The translations under genes were made by a program, and so were the position numbers. Under the pieces are notes generated by a model that was given only the letters and a program-made list of their open reading frames with translations, was not told where the DNA came from and ran no database searches. A DNA stretch of 60,278 nucleotides, the filler included, from Stramenopiles sp. TOSAG23-6 (Eukaryota): NCBI GenBank assembly GCA_900128565.1. It is 14 parts of 14 records of this genome, joined end to end, with 100 filler letters (N's around TTAATTAATTAA, not from the genome) between each part and the next. Parts side by side here need not be neighbours in the genome. Positions count along the whole stretch, not along the records: positions 8,674 to 12,891 come from LT637221.1; positions 12,992 to 17,207 come from LT637222.1; positions 17,308 to 21,523 come from LT637223.1; positions 21,624 to 25,836 come from LT637224.1; 10 more parts are not named here. One strand, written 5' to 3'. Each line of letters begins with the position of its first letter. Positions within the stretch are counted from its first letter, which is position 1. Shown piece after piece: positions 12,401-23,570 of this stretch.

Positions 12401-12891
12401 TGATCTTCACACTGAGAAAACTCTTCTATCCCATATCTTGACCTAAGTAAACTTATTGCGACAGTAGGACGCATATGCTGATGTATCACTAAGTTACGAC
12501 CAACGGCAACTATAGATGGAGGATTCATGCATTCTTGAATAGCTTTAGTAATTGCATCTTTTGTATTATTTAATATCTTAGCAGATGTTGTTGGATTAGA
12601 TTCACTTTCTGCATCATCGCGTAATGCATTCCAAATAAATTCTTTAGATTTTCCACGAATACTTAATTCTCTCGCGTAACGAATCAAACCAGCGGCACCG
12701 TGCGATACAGAAAGTTTTTTTTTTGCCGCATCTAATGCCATTGCTGCTTTGTAAAATAAACAAGGTTCCTCGGCACACCTTAAGCGCAATCTCTCAAGTG
12801 CAGCTACTTTACTCCCGACTTCAACACTTTGATCAATGACTGTACGCCAAACTTTCGCTACTAATAACTGTTTATTACTTAATGCTGGAGG
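9450..12891 (-). CDS. VPS53: VPS53-like (GARP subunit) with C-terminal PX-like region; 5' partial, N-gap at 11806-11824
   Basis: RRYQWYKRV, FDEEWQIPIRFSRAFCAVTRQHL, FDCRISGVFEPY; no family introns over 3.4 kb. Confidence 0.7.
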
Positions 12892-12991
12892 NNNNNNNNN
12901 NNNNNNNNNNNNNNNNNNNNNNNNNNNNNNNNNNNTTAATTAATTAANNNNNNNNNNNNNNNNNNNNNNNNNNNNNNNNNNNNNNNNNNNN

Positions 12992-13433
12992 CAAATAATG
13001 AAACAGCTCCGACAAATTGTGCACCTCTAGGTAAATCTTTCCAAGCTATACCTTGATCTATACCATTCAAATAAAAGCGAAGTGTTCCCATTGTTGCATC
13101 TAATTCAACATCTATCACACTACCAGGTTCCTTGAATTTTTGACCATATGGTGTACTTGCCGGACCACCATGTCCTTTCTTACCGTTAGATTGATAATAT
13201 CCCCAGCCTTTATTAGTTTTATTAACATAACTATCCATATCAACATCACGAAGACATACACCAACAGTAGCTTTTGTCCCCTTATCAATACGAATTCTCC
13301 ATTTGACTTTCCCCGAAGATACAACTGGTCCAATAAGAACAATACCACGGTCCCAACTTTTTTCAAGCTTTCTTGCAAAGTGTTTCTGTGTCACAATGCC
13401 CGAACCATGGGCTATAATTTCAGTCTTTTCCAT
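12992..13433 (-). CDS. SPRY/B30.2-domain protein, 3' partial
   Basis: VGVC, GWGYYQSNGKK, GSVIDVELDATMGTLRFYLNGIDQGIAW, GAVSL. Confidence 0.8.
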
Positions 13434-13540
13434 TGCTATTTTCTATTTATTTTTTATTCTTTCACAAAGTTCATAAGGTTATAACCTTGAAGTTCAACGC
13501 GAAACCTGTAGTAGATCCAGGGGTCAGAAAAGCTCCGCCA

Positions 13541-13554
13541 TAACCCTAACCCTA
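13541..13554. promoter_or_regulatory. Telomere-like box in divergent promoter
   Basis: taaccctaacccta between SPRY gene (-) and CCDC12 (+). Confidence 0.4.
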
Positions 13555-13688
13555 GCGCTATTGCTAGCGGCTCGAAAAAGTAAAAAATCGCAGTCTCGGA
13601 CGCAACACACAACCCAGAAAAACCAACATACACAGAGAGCTAACTTCTCCTCAAACTAATAGCATTTTAAATAGTTAAATCCTCATAC

Positions 13689-14093
13689 ATGACAATGGAC
13701 GGAGAAGATGGCGCAGATGGTTCCCATCGTAGAAAGCGTTTGAAAACCACTTCTAGTAGTAATAATTCAGAAAAAGTATTGAAGTTTCGTAATTACGTGC
13801 CTCAAGGTGATGACGTTGCCCCAAGAATAAAAAAAGCCGAAGAGACTGCCGTATTACCATCCATAAAAAAGACCCAGGAAATTGCGGATATACTGAAACA
13901 TGATGAGAAGACAGCAGGTGCTTCAGATGTACTAAATCTAGCACCTAAAGAAGTAAATCTTGATTTAAAGCGTGGTGTAGCAAAAAGAATGCGAAAGCTT
14001 GATCGGTTGACCAACATAGCTATTCGCGACTTGATCAAAGAGAAGTTGTCACAGGAGGCCAATGAAAATAGTAACAAAGATCCTGACGAATAG
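13689..14093 (+). CDS. CCDC12: Cwf18/CCDC12 spliceosome-associated protein
   Basis: LKFRNYVP and NLAP...DLKRGVAKRMRKLDRLTNIAIRDLIKEKL. Confidence 0.85.
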   Translation: MTMDGEDGADGSHRRKRLKTTSSSNNSEKVLKFRNYVPQGDDVAPRIKKAEETAVLPSIKKTQEIADILKHDEKTAGASDVLNLAPKEVNLDLKRGVAKRMRKLDRLTNIAIRDLIKEKLSQEANENSNKDPDE

Positions 14094-14246
14094 AGTTATG
14101 TTTCTTGTGCGTCTCGGTTATTACATTATAAAGAAATTGTCACATTAGTCCGTGTCAGTAAGGGTAAGTAAGGGCTAAGTGCGCTTGCACAATCAAATAT
14201 AAATATAAAGTACGGTCTACAAACATGTTTATTCGGCTAATAATTT

Positions 14247-17127
14247 TTATTGATTATTATTTATTACACTTGCATACTTTGACTCAATGTGTCGCATAAA
14301 ATCATCTTCATCGTCGCTTGAATCATCACTAGAATAATCGCATAATATTCGAGGAACTTCAAGTAAGAGTTGAAGTTTATCGTCTTTGTCATCCGAATAA
14401 TTGTGTTCTTTTTTGAATTCTTTTTCTCCAGTAGCACCCATACCAACTAAAATATGCCCATCTCTTTCTGTACGAAGTTGTGTCACTCGATCAGGTAATT
14501 CTTGATTCATTTCGCTATCTTGCTCTCTTTCTCGAGCTTTGCGTCTTTCCATCATCCTTTTTTTCTGGTGGTCTATTTTTACATGTCTATATTCAGAAGA
14601 TATCTTACTCAAATTGGTGGTACCTTTTCTTGATACAGCACTGACAGATACCGATGCGACTGATGCAATCCTGGCACCAAATACATCAGAATTTAAGTTA
14701 CTATTATTTGATCCCCCGGTCTGTGATGGTTTATTCGTGAAAACTTGATCATGAGAGGTGATGTTTCTACTATCAAAGCATCTTATATTTTCTTGAACTT
14801 GCTCAACTGTATTTATTTGTCCATTTTGGTTTCTAGATTTTTTAGAATGTTTTGTACGGCGTTTAAGTCTAAGAAGGGCGGGATTATCTTTTTTATATTT
14901 TCTATGAATTTCACTAGATACGGCATTCGTGGATTCATGATTTCTTATTACAGTAGCTTCATTATTACCCCACCGACTGAACACTGCCGCAATTGGTAAA
15001 TTATTTGACGCTTCCATTTGATTACGTAGTAATTGATTAGGTGTATTGACGCTATCATATGGATTATTACTATGTAGAGTTTTATCATCAATATTTAAAG
15101 ATACATCTTTTAAATCTTTATCTTCTTTATCTTCTTGTGCTTCTTCCACTTCTTCTTCTTGACCATGGTATTCCTCCTCTCCCTTTTCTGATTCTTTCGG
15201 TGACTCATTTTTGTCATAGCATTCCTTTTCAGAGTTATTCTCTAAATCCTCTTGATGACTTGAATGGATTGGCATTGTGGTTTTGCGAGGAATTTGAGTG
15301 ACAAAGGAAGTTTCTACAGTATGATCTTCCGGGATTGCATTTAGCATCATTTGAGTTGAAAATACAAAACTAGACTCATTAGAAACGGAAACAGTTTCAT
15401 TAGACTTCAATGGCGGATTGTTCTTAACATTTTCACATTGTACCTCTTTACAATCAAAATCACTAATACTTAATTCGAGACCTCGATCCAGTGTAGAAAT
15501 AGAATCTAATGCTGCATGAAATCTTCGTCGATGTTTTGGTTCTCTCACAGGTTTCCAGTTCATAGTAATGACGTCATCTGTATTGGAATGTTCGTCAACA
15601 CGAATTTTCAAATGAGATTCAAATTGTGTTACATCACTATCAACTAAACCTCTAGCAGCTGTATATCGTTGAAGTGTTGCTGCTCTACATTCAAAAAACT
15701 TCAGATGATTTCTCTTTCCATTCTCATTTCCATGACTACCACTGACAGCAACAAGAAACACACCCTTCTCTGGACTAAAATGAATTCGCTTAACAGGTGT
15801 TTGAAATTTCGCAGAAGTTCTATTGATTTCAGTTGATGTAGGTTTCATGTATGTAGTATTGTATAAAAATCGAATACACGCTGCCAACAACATCCGATCA
15901 TTAAATATGTTTTCTCTAGCTTTCATTTTGGATTTTTTAAACCAAATGCCTATGAGTGGCATTCTAAAGGTAGCTGGGTCAGTTCGTAGTAAAGGTACAG
16001 ATTTTCTTGTTTGATCTAGAGTTAGAAACCCCCACGCGATATCATTCATGTATTTTGGAAAAATATTTCAAAAAACAAACTTAAATTTGTTAGGTACAAA
16101 ATTTCGTATGAAAAAAAACTCGAATTTGAAAAAAAAATAAAACATACATATTTCTTTGAGCATGTAATGATCGACTACACAATGCTGCAGCAAGTGGTGA
16201 ATCTATCATGCGTAAGGGGAATAACGGAGTAAATGTAAGAGCGACTGATGGACAAAGCACTTCCATTCGTATTGATAAACTATGAGAGACTGACGTTTCT
16301 ACAGCGCATTGAAACTGAAGAAGTTGTTGAGCATTGCCGTCAAGAGACCGTAGTGATTTTCTTAAAGTACAAATTTCAGATTCTGTTTCATCTTTGGTGA
16401 ACTCTAGAGAAGATGCATCACTGTTCTGTTGAAGATCATCATGTTGGTTTATTTTAGTTGCAATCACTCGTATACTTTTCAAATTTTTCTTTTCACTTTG
16501 ATTTTGAGAGAAGGAACCAACTTTTAACACGAGATCTTTAGAATCATCAATGTGTACAAACAATGACCCTATTCTAGATCTATCATTTGGCGTAAGGTCT
16601 TCCCAAACAATTGTGTGTAACTCTTGAAGTGTTTTCATTGTTATCCGGACTTTTGGCAATACCTGCGAGGTGCCAGCAGGAATAACCACGGGCTCGCCTG
16701 CTGGTTTCCTTGACCATAACACTTGCCGTACAGCAGGAAATCGAATGTTGGAATATTTATCCAATGCTCGGTTATTGTGGGTACTATTGTGGGTATTATT
16801 AAACGTGGAATCTGTAGCTGCTGTGTGGTCTTTAGTGTGGGAAGCGTACGTTGAAGGTGGGTACGGAGATGGACTTGGTATTTCACGAGGTATTGGGCAT
16901 AATAAATTGTTATAAGACAATTGCGCCCTTTGGTTGAGCTTATTATTATCATCCCCTGAATCTTCAAGTCTGCCGTAAAATGACACATTACTCCCCATAT
17001 CATTATTTGGTTTAGCAACTTTGACGGGTCCACGATGAAAAAAAGCGTCTCTTTTGGGCTGAGCTGTATTTGCTACAGTTGAAGTGTTTTCAGAGACCGC
17101 ATCAGGAAAAAATGCAGATCGCAACAT
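14247..17127 (-). CDS. STIL: STIL/SIL N-terminal-domain protein (centriole assembly-like), 2 exons
   Basis: GFLTLDQTRKSVPLLRTDP...PLIGIW resembles STIL_N; exons joined in frame over 16048-16147. Confidence 0.7.
16048..16147 (-). mobile_element. Introner-like intron GT..AT (100 nt)
   Basis: AT|GTATGT...AAAATACAT|; gives AQRNMNDIAWG. Confidence 0.88.
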
Positions 17128-17307
17128 GCTTGTTTGCTTAATTTTAAATCGTTGCAGATGAGGAAAGAGTTGTACGAGAGCAACAATTGAAGGAAGCTGC
17201 AATTATTNNNNNNNNNNNNNNNNNNNNNNNNNNNNNNNNNNNNNNNNNNNNTTAATTAATTAANNNNNNNNNNNNNNNNNNNNNNNNNNNNNNNNNNNNN
17301 NNNNNNN

Positions 17308-17362
17308 CGAAGTTGCAAGCAAAAAAATCGGGCAGGGTGTCGACAAAATGATAACTAATGTT
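17308..17362. repeat. 55-bp terminal direct repeat of contig (copy at 21469-21523)
   Basis: Exact match between the two contig ends. Confidence 0.95.
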
Positions 17363-17489
17363 ATTCCAACAAAACGGTGAATTGCAGTAGCAAATTTCAT
17401 ATTAAACTTTCACATTTAAAACATAAAATTATAGCAACTATAACAATTTTTTTTTGATTTCATTTATTCATTAATTTGTAACGCAAATT

Positions 17490-18606
17490 TCACCAACCAA
17501 GACGTTGAAGTTGAGCGGGTGTGAGAGAAAACCCTGGTCTTGGAAGTTTCATTGCCTGTATACCCATATATTTTGAGAAATATGTTCAAAATTTGAAATT
17601 CGTTAGGCACAGATTTTTTTTAAGGAAAAAACTTATGAAATTTATGGTGAAAACGTACATTTCTCTGGCAACTAATTGCAATGCTCGTTTGCGTACTCGA
17701 CTGCTCTCTGTATCATAAGCAAGATCGTACAGTGTACACAAATTGAAAATTACTGCTGGATGGAGCCTATTTCTTGGATCTCCTTTAACGAGATCTTCCA
17801 AACATTTCACAGCTCGTTCAATTTGACAGCAATGCAAAGAAGCAGCAGCAAGATTTTTCGAAGCTACAATGATCGAACTCGGGAAAACACTACTGTTGCA
17901 TATAATAGAGTTTTCTTTACCCAGTGTTGGAAAATCACCAGGCCCTTCATCTATCACAGATACTGGATTCATTTTGCAAACTTTTTGAAATAAATCCATC
18001 GCTTTCGAATAATACCCTTCAGCAAATGACAAATTTGCACGTTCAAAAAGCAAATCTACAGTATCTTTCATTTCAGTAGGTAGAGATCTTTCAAGTCGAT
18101 TATGCACAGTTCTTGCACCTTCCAAATTACCCATCATCTGTAGAACTCGTGACGCTTTACACATTGAATGAATTCTTAGAGTTTCAGAATTTTTTTTTAA
18201 CTCTGGTCCGGTTATTTCATCGATATTTGTTTCACTTAGAATATCATTGGCNTGTATTNTAAAAAAANTTCAAAAACTAGATTTTGTTTTGTTAATTATA
18301 GAATTATCTACGAAAAATAAATTTGAAATTCAAATGGAAACGTACATACGTTCCAGCTTTGCACAGCAATCCAAAGCAAATGAGAAATCTCCAGCAAGGA
18401 CAGCAGAACTACATTGTAGTCCAAGTATCCCAACTTTCGCACGCCATCCAGATATCCGATGCACTTCTTCTTGTGATGGTCTTCGTGGTCGTGTACCCAC
18501 AGTACTCGTGTTGCCTGAAGGAAGAGCTAATGAAATAGCATTCCCTGGCGGAGGCACGGTGGATGACGACAGAGTGGACGACCCAGACCCTCCCACTGTC
18601 TCGCTA
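17490..18606 (-). CDS. TRAPPC12: TRAPPC12 (TTC15)-like TPR protein, C-terminal exons
   Basis: KNLAAASLHC...AVKCLEDLV...IFNLCTLYDL; introns 17566-17658 and ~18252-18344 (latter junction obscured by N). Confidence 0.7.
17566..17658 (-). mobile_element. Introner-like intron GT..AT (93 nt)
   Basis: AT|GTACGT...TGCCTAAC...AAAATATAT|; gives VAREMGIQAM. Confidence 0.8.
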
Positions 18607-18989
18607 ACGTAGAGTAGAAATATAAAAATTGAATAAATATTGCTTAATCCAAACATTTTCTGGGCTCTAATGAAATACTAAAGGTATTGGTACAGTATAC
18701 AGCTTTTCACGAATACCCTTGTTGTGTGACTCAAATGCGTGTGTGTCAAGACACGCGGCATGATTATGACCGTTATATCCGTTGTTTATTATTAGACGAC
18801 ACGAAATCAAATCCGAAAATTGGAATTTTTCACATTTAAAACATAAAATGGTTATGGAGTCCATTAGATGACAGCTTCAACTTGTACCCAATACCCAATC
18901 TCACCATTGAATCCATTGAATTACCACCACTCAAAACAAAAGCTTTGCACCACCAGTTTTTCTCTTTACCACACAACAAAACAAGTAAT

Positions 18990-20819
18990 ATGACTCGCGC
19001 AATTCTGCTTTTTTTGGTAGGCTGCATCGCTCATGCAAATGCAGCTACCAGTGTGGCAGAACCGGAACCCAGTGTGGCAGAACCGGAACCTGAAGCTGCA
19101 GGTATGATTCTTTACAGGCATCAGAATCTACGCGCTGAGTCCAAAGCTGACGCTCTCGCAGTTCCTTTATCTGATGCAGAAATACTCAGCTACCAGTCTC
19201 TCGAAAAGTTTGAACTTCTCAGATCGCACACTGTTGGCCAACACTTCATGAATAAAGTGGTAGGCAAAGTTGTGGACACCAAAGAAGGACCAAAGTTTGT
19301 CCCTGCTGATCTAGAACTGCTCCAGTTTACTCCAAACGAGGATGGCGGACGTGACGAGCTGACAAAATTAATTGAGGCAGCCCCTGAGTTGACCGATTTG
19401 TATAACGAAGGTGTGCTGTCTCTGTACAAGTTGGGCAACGTGGCAGTTATGCTCGGCGTCATAACGACAGGAATTAATCCGGTAATGGCAGGTATGGCTG
19501 CTGCTGGTATCATTATTTCCAAGCTCGACAAAGTCCAGAAGGCTATAACAGAACTTACTGACGAGGTGAAGGCATTGCGAAATACGTTTGAGAAGTTTAA
19601 AGCTAGTTTTGGTGACGTGATTGAAGCTAAAAACATGGAGCAAACAATGCGCGAATCCTTAACTCAACTCGGTACTCAGTTTGATGTCGCCCGTGGAAAC
19701 ATCAAAGATGTCGACTCGATTCGAGTGCGGGAATATCTCAGCACGATCGCTCAACAGATTGAAGGACGTCACACTAACAAACCATACTTTCAAATTCTAT
19801 TTAATCAAATAAAGGAGGATACGTCAGGCATGAAAGCTATCGACGTCTATAAAAAAATGCTTGCACTACGGGTTCACTACCAAGAGATTCTTGCACTTCA
19901 AATCAATGGCGTTGTGCTTCAAATTTCGAAGCTTTCCGCGGATGAAAATGCTGCCGATCAAGTAGGTCATGTGGTCACTAGCATTCAAGACATCAAGAAG
20001 CAGGTCATATCGTTTGACCCTGCACAAAGTCCTGAATACCGTTCACTTTTTACGATGACAATAATGGCAGACTATTTCGGAAAAGCTGCTTGGTTGGCTG
20101 CGGATTATGCAAGTGGTGCTTTCTATGAAAATCGCGAGGGACACGGCGTAGGCGGCAAGAAAATCCCTTGGAATGAACCTTGGAATTGGAGGAGTGTACT
20201 TGGCCGTAAGTACTACGAAACTCGAGTTGGACCTGTAAAAGAGATCCGAACAAAATTGAACAATTGGAAATTATTCGATGGACATCTGTGGGATCTTTTT
20301 GTCCATACATGTGAAGAAGCAGCGTGGCAAGCCAGTTTGAATCTAATGAATGACCGTCGAAAATTTGGCGTAACACCTGGAGAAGTTGGAGGTACAATTT
20401 TTCATAACTTAGATCGAATGAAATCAGGATGGCAGAAATTCAAATGGGGTGCGAAATCAAATGAAGCTGGTAACCGTGCTTTCGTTGAAGCTGGCAAACG
20501 TGCTGTGGCAAAGTTAGCTGCTCCTGTTGAGATGGGTGATGGCGGACTTCCACTAAATCAGCTCACTAAAGAAGAGCTCGAGTGGTTCGAGGCAAGTGAT
20601 AACGAATGTGTTGATAAGTACGAATTTGGTTTCAGTGGCGGTAAATATTGGAGTATGGCGCAGATGATTGATGGTGCGACGTGGTTCAAAGCAAGTGAGC
20701 AGAGGCATTCATCAGGCTATGGTCTTGGTGATGCTCCTTACATCGTCGGTTTGGATACAAACAAGTACAAGAAACAATTCACCGCCGCAAAACTTTCATT
20801 GGCAGTCAACCCAAAGTAA
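18990..20819 (+). CDS. Secreted ~610-aa helical protein of unknown function, intronless
   Basis: Signal peptide MTRAILLFLVGCIAHANA, SVAEPEP x2, hydrophobic segment followed by coiled coil. Confidence 0.8.
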   Translation: MTRAILLFLVGCIAHANAATSVAEPEPSVAEPEPEAAGMILYRHQNLRAESKADALAVPLSDAEILSYQSLEKFELLRSHTVGQHFMNKVVGKVVDTKEGPKFVPADLELLQFTPNEDGGRDELTKLIEAAPELTDLYNEGVLSLYKLGNVAVMLGVITTGINPVMAGMAAAGIIISKLDKVQKAITELTDEVKALRNTFEKFKASFGDVIEAKNMEQTMRESLTQLGTQFDVARGNIKDVDSIRVREYLSTIAQQIEGRHTNKPYFQILFNQIKEDTSGMKAIDVYKKMLALRVHYQEILALQINGVVLQISKLSADENAADQVGHVVTSIQDIKKQVISFDPAQSPEYRSLFTMTIMADYFGKAAWLAADYASGAFYENREGHGVGGKKIPWNEPWNWRSVLGRKYYETRVGPVKEIRTKLNNWKLFDGHLWDLFVHTCEEAAWQASLNLMNDRRKFGVTPGEVGGTIFHNLDRMKSGWQKFKWGAKSNEAGNRAFVEAGKRAVAKLAAPVEMGDGGLPLNQLTKEELEWFEASDNECVDKYEFGFSGGKYWSMAQMIDGATWFKASEQRHSSGYGLGDAPYIVGLDTNKYKKQFTAAKLSLAVNPK

Positions 20820-21109
20820 TTTGCCATGTAGAACGTGATAATTCTTTTGATCGTTTTCAAGTGAACGGAAAAAAATGCAAGGTAGCAAGATTTAATCTGT
20901 ACAGTTTTCAGTGATATTATGTTTCTTGAAGCATCTTTACTAAAGCTGAAGTGTAATTTTCTTTAGATTTAACTCGTAGAATTTATTGAATATTCACATT
21001 ACTTTGTGCCTTTATTTGTATCTTTGTGTTATTCGGCTCGCCACATTTTTTTCACTTTTCTCTTCTTGTTTGATTTGACGACTATATGGTCATTGAGAGA
21101 GAAAATATT

Positions 21110-21400
21110 TTATTCAAGTTGTACATACCCTGCAGGAAAGTAACCACACTTACCAGATGAATTCTTACCATAAAACCAATCATCATATTCACAGTCTTCT
21201 CTCAGTACAATCACTATCTCACATTCACCAAGAGAAAGCTCCGTCTCTTCTCTCCCTGCAAACTTCCACATTGCCTTTGCTTTTCTGGCCATGTTTTTCC
21301 GCTTTTGTTATTTCTAGTTCAGCTTTAGCTTCCTCTTCAGTATCTGCAAAAGCTTCATCTTTTGCCCATTGTTCAGCGGCACTTTCAGCTTCTTGAAATT
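21110..21400 (-). CDS. C-terminal SH3 domain, partial gene
   Basis: AKAMWKFAGREETELSL...DDWFYG...GYFPAGYV. Confidence 0.8.
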
Positions 21401-21705
21401 TCATGCAATAGTACCCCAGACGCACAAGAAATGAAAACGAAGAGCCATGTTAAAATAAAGAAGGCTGGCGAAGTTGCAAGCAAAAAAATCGGGCAGGGTG
21501 TCGACAAAATGATAACTAATGTTNNNNNNNNNNNNNNNNNNNNNNNNNNNNNNNNNNNNNNNNNNNNTTAATTAATTAANNNNNNNNNNNNNNNNNNNNN
21601 NNNNNNNNNNNNNNNNNNNNNNNTTTCAAAAAAAAAAACTTAAATTTGTTAGGTACAAAATTTCGTACGAAAAAAAATTCAAATTTGAAAAAAAATAAAA
21701 CATAC

Positions 21706-22359
21706 ATTTCGTCCAGCAATGGCAGCGTCGTTTGATGACAGGGTTTGAAGAGACGCAAGTTGGTTTATTATACAAAGTGATGCAGCTCTTACACTATTTT
21801 TATTGATAGATCGTGCAGTCTTGTATCTCTCTAATGCTGCTTTGTTCATACCTTTCTCTTCAAGTACGTTTCCTTCTAAAAGTAAAGCTTCAAAATTATT
21901 TTTACTTTGAATCTCCACTGTTTTTGGATCATGCATTGTCATGTTTTCAGTAATATTTTTAGCTTTTGTTTTGGATTCAGTTATTGATGATTTAGCAGGA
22001 ATACTCTGTATTAGATTTGAAAGTTCTTTATACAACGAAACATCTATGGGGTAATCTAAAGTTGTAGAACTTGCCTTCTCAATGCCACACTTCCATACAC
22101 GTAAAGCTCTACTTTCCTTACCCATTTCCCGCAAAGCTAGTCCCTTTGTAATGTAAGCTCGAATACAATACTCGTTTATTTTAATACATTCGTCGCAATC
22201 TGCCTTTGCACGACGAAGTAAACCAAGTCGTAAATAAGCTAGTCCGCGGTTGCATAATAATAGAGACCTTTCTTTTACCGGTAGCACAACACACGATAGT
22301 GCTTTCGAGTATTCTTTGACAGATTGAGAGAAATTGTTTGCAATAAACGACTCAGTCAT
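21706..22359 (-). CDS. TPR protein, first exon
   Basis: LLCNRGLAYLRLG...AYITKGLALREMG; followed by AT|GTATGT partial intron 21624-21705. Confidence 0.75.
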
Positions 22360-22708
22360 AATAAAGATGACATTAGATGAATGAATAATATATTCTTGCT
22401 AACACCATCGTACAATCTCAAATTAATAGAAGATTGAAAATCTTATCATCAAAATTATAATAAATCGAAAATGTCAAAATGAAAATTTCGAGTCAAAAAA
22501 AGAGAAAAAAATAAAATTTCAATTTTTCTTGATGATTTCGTGCTTGAAATCAGTTGAGTGACTTGACCCTTGAAAGGCGAAATTACCTCTCAACTCGAGT
22601 CGAGTACTGTAGTATATAAAATACAACAAAACATACCCGCTATTAGACATACTAGGTAGGATGTACCATACGCCATAGAGATAATCTCTACAAAGTACCC
22701 AAGACTAT

Positions 22709-22921
22709 ATGGTGTTTGTTTATAAAGGCTCAGGGAAAAAGCAAGGCAAAGATGCAGACGCTGCTCAGCGTAAATGCACAAAAGAGGCTTGTGCGATTCA
22801 GTGGTGTTTATCAAAGAATAACTACCAGCAAGATAAGTGCACTTGGTACATTGAAAAATGGGAGCTTTGTTGTAAAAACGCCAAGAAAAATGCTCGAAAA
22901 GATGAAGATTTGGCTAAATGA
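22709..22921 (+). CDS. CMC4: Twin CX9C mitochondrial protein CMC4/MTCP1
   Basis: CTKEACAIQWCLSKNNYQQDKC...WELCC. Confidence 0.8.
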   Translation: MVFVYKGSGKKQGKDADAAQRKCTKEACAIQWCLSKNNYQQDKCTWYIEKWELCCKNAKKNARKDEDLAK

Positions 22922-23570
22922 ATTTAGAAAGGCCTACTTTTGCGAAAAGACAATTTTTTCTTATTTACATCCAACGAAAAATATCGTTAATTATTAATTG
23001 TTTCAAACAAACAAAAAAACCTGTAATTTCCAGATAAAGCGTGTATTTATTAGTTTCAAGTATTACATAATGTTGACCGTTATTTAGATACACTATTTGT
23101 GTATCTACTTTTTGTTTTGGGGTGTTATTAGAGTAAAATGAGTAATTCGAAAAAATATATCTTTTTTTTCATACAATTTTTATGACTGCCTTCAAATTAG
23201 TAAATTACACTTGAAACAAAAAGAATAGCAAATATACAGTTTTTGAAGAGGCATCTTTTTCGTTGAGAGTGTTGAAGATAAAGATTGCTGGTCAACTGTT
23301 TCAGAATCAATTCAATATTCAATTATAATTTCAAATAAATAACTACATATTATTATATAACAGAGTGAGATTATATTTCGTGTCCACCACAGCTCAGCTG
23401 TTGCTGTCATTTTGATTTGTGTTTACCGCCTAGTGGTAGCAAATTTGTTATTTGTACTAGCAGCTTTAGCAGAGTCGCGAGTTTCTGCTACTACAAATGA
23501 AAGATTATTATTATTTTACTTACTAATAGAGAGTCTCTTTTGAAGTTTTCTTGAATACCACTGCACCAAC

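Noticed and set aside
18252-18348. Exact boundaries of the TRAPPC12 intron
   Set aside because: An N at the junction and phase ambiguity prevent a call; excluded from counts, as is the intron near 39080-39272.
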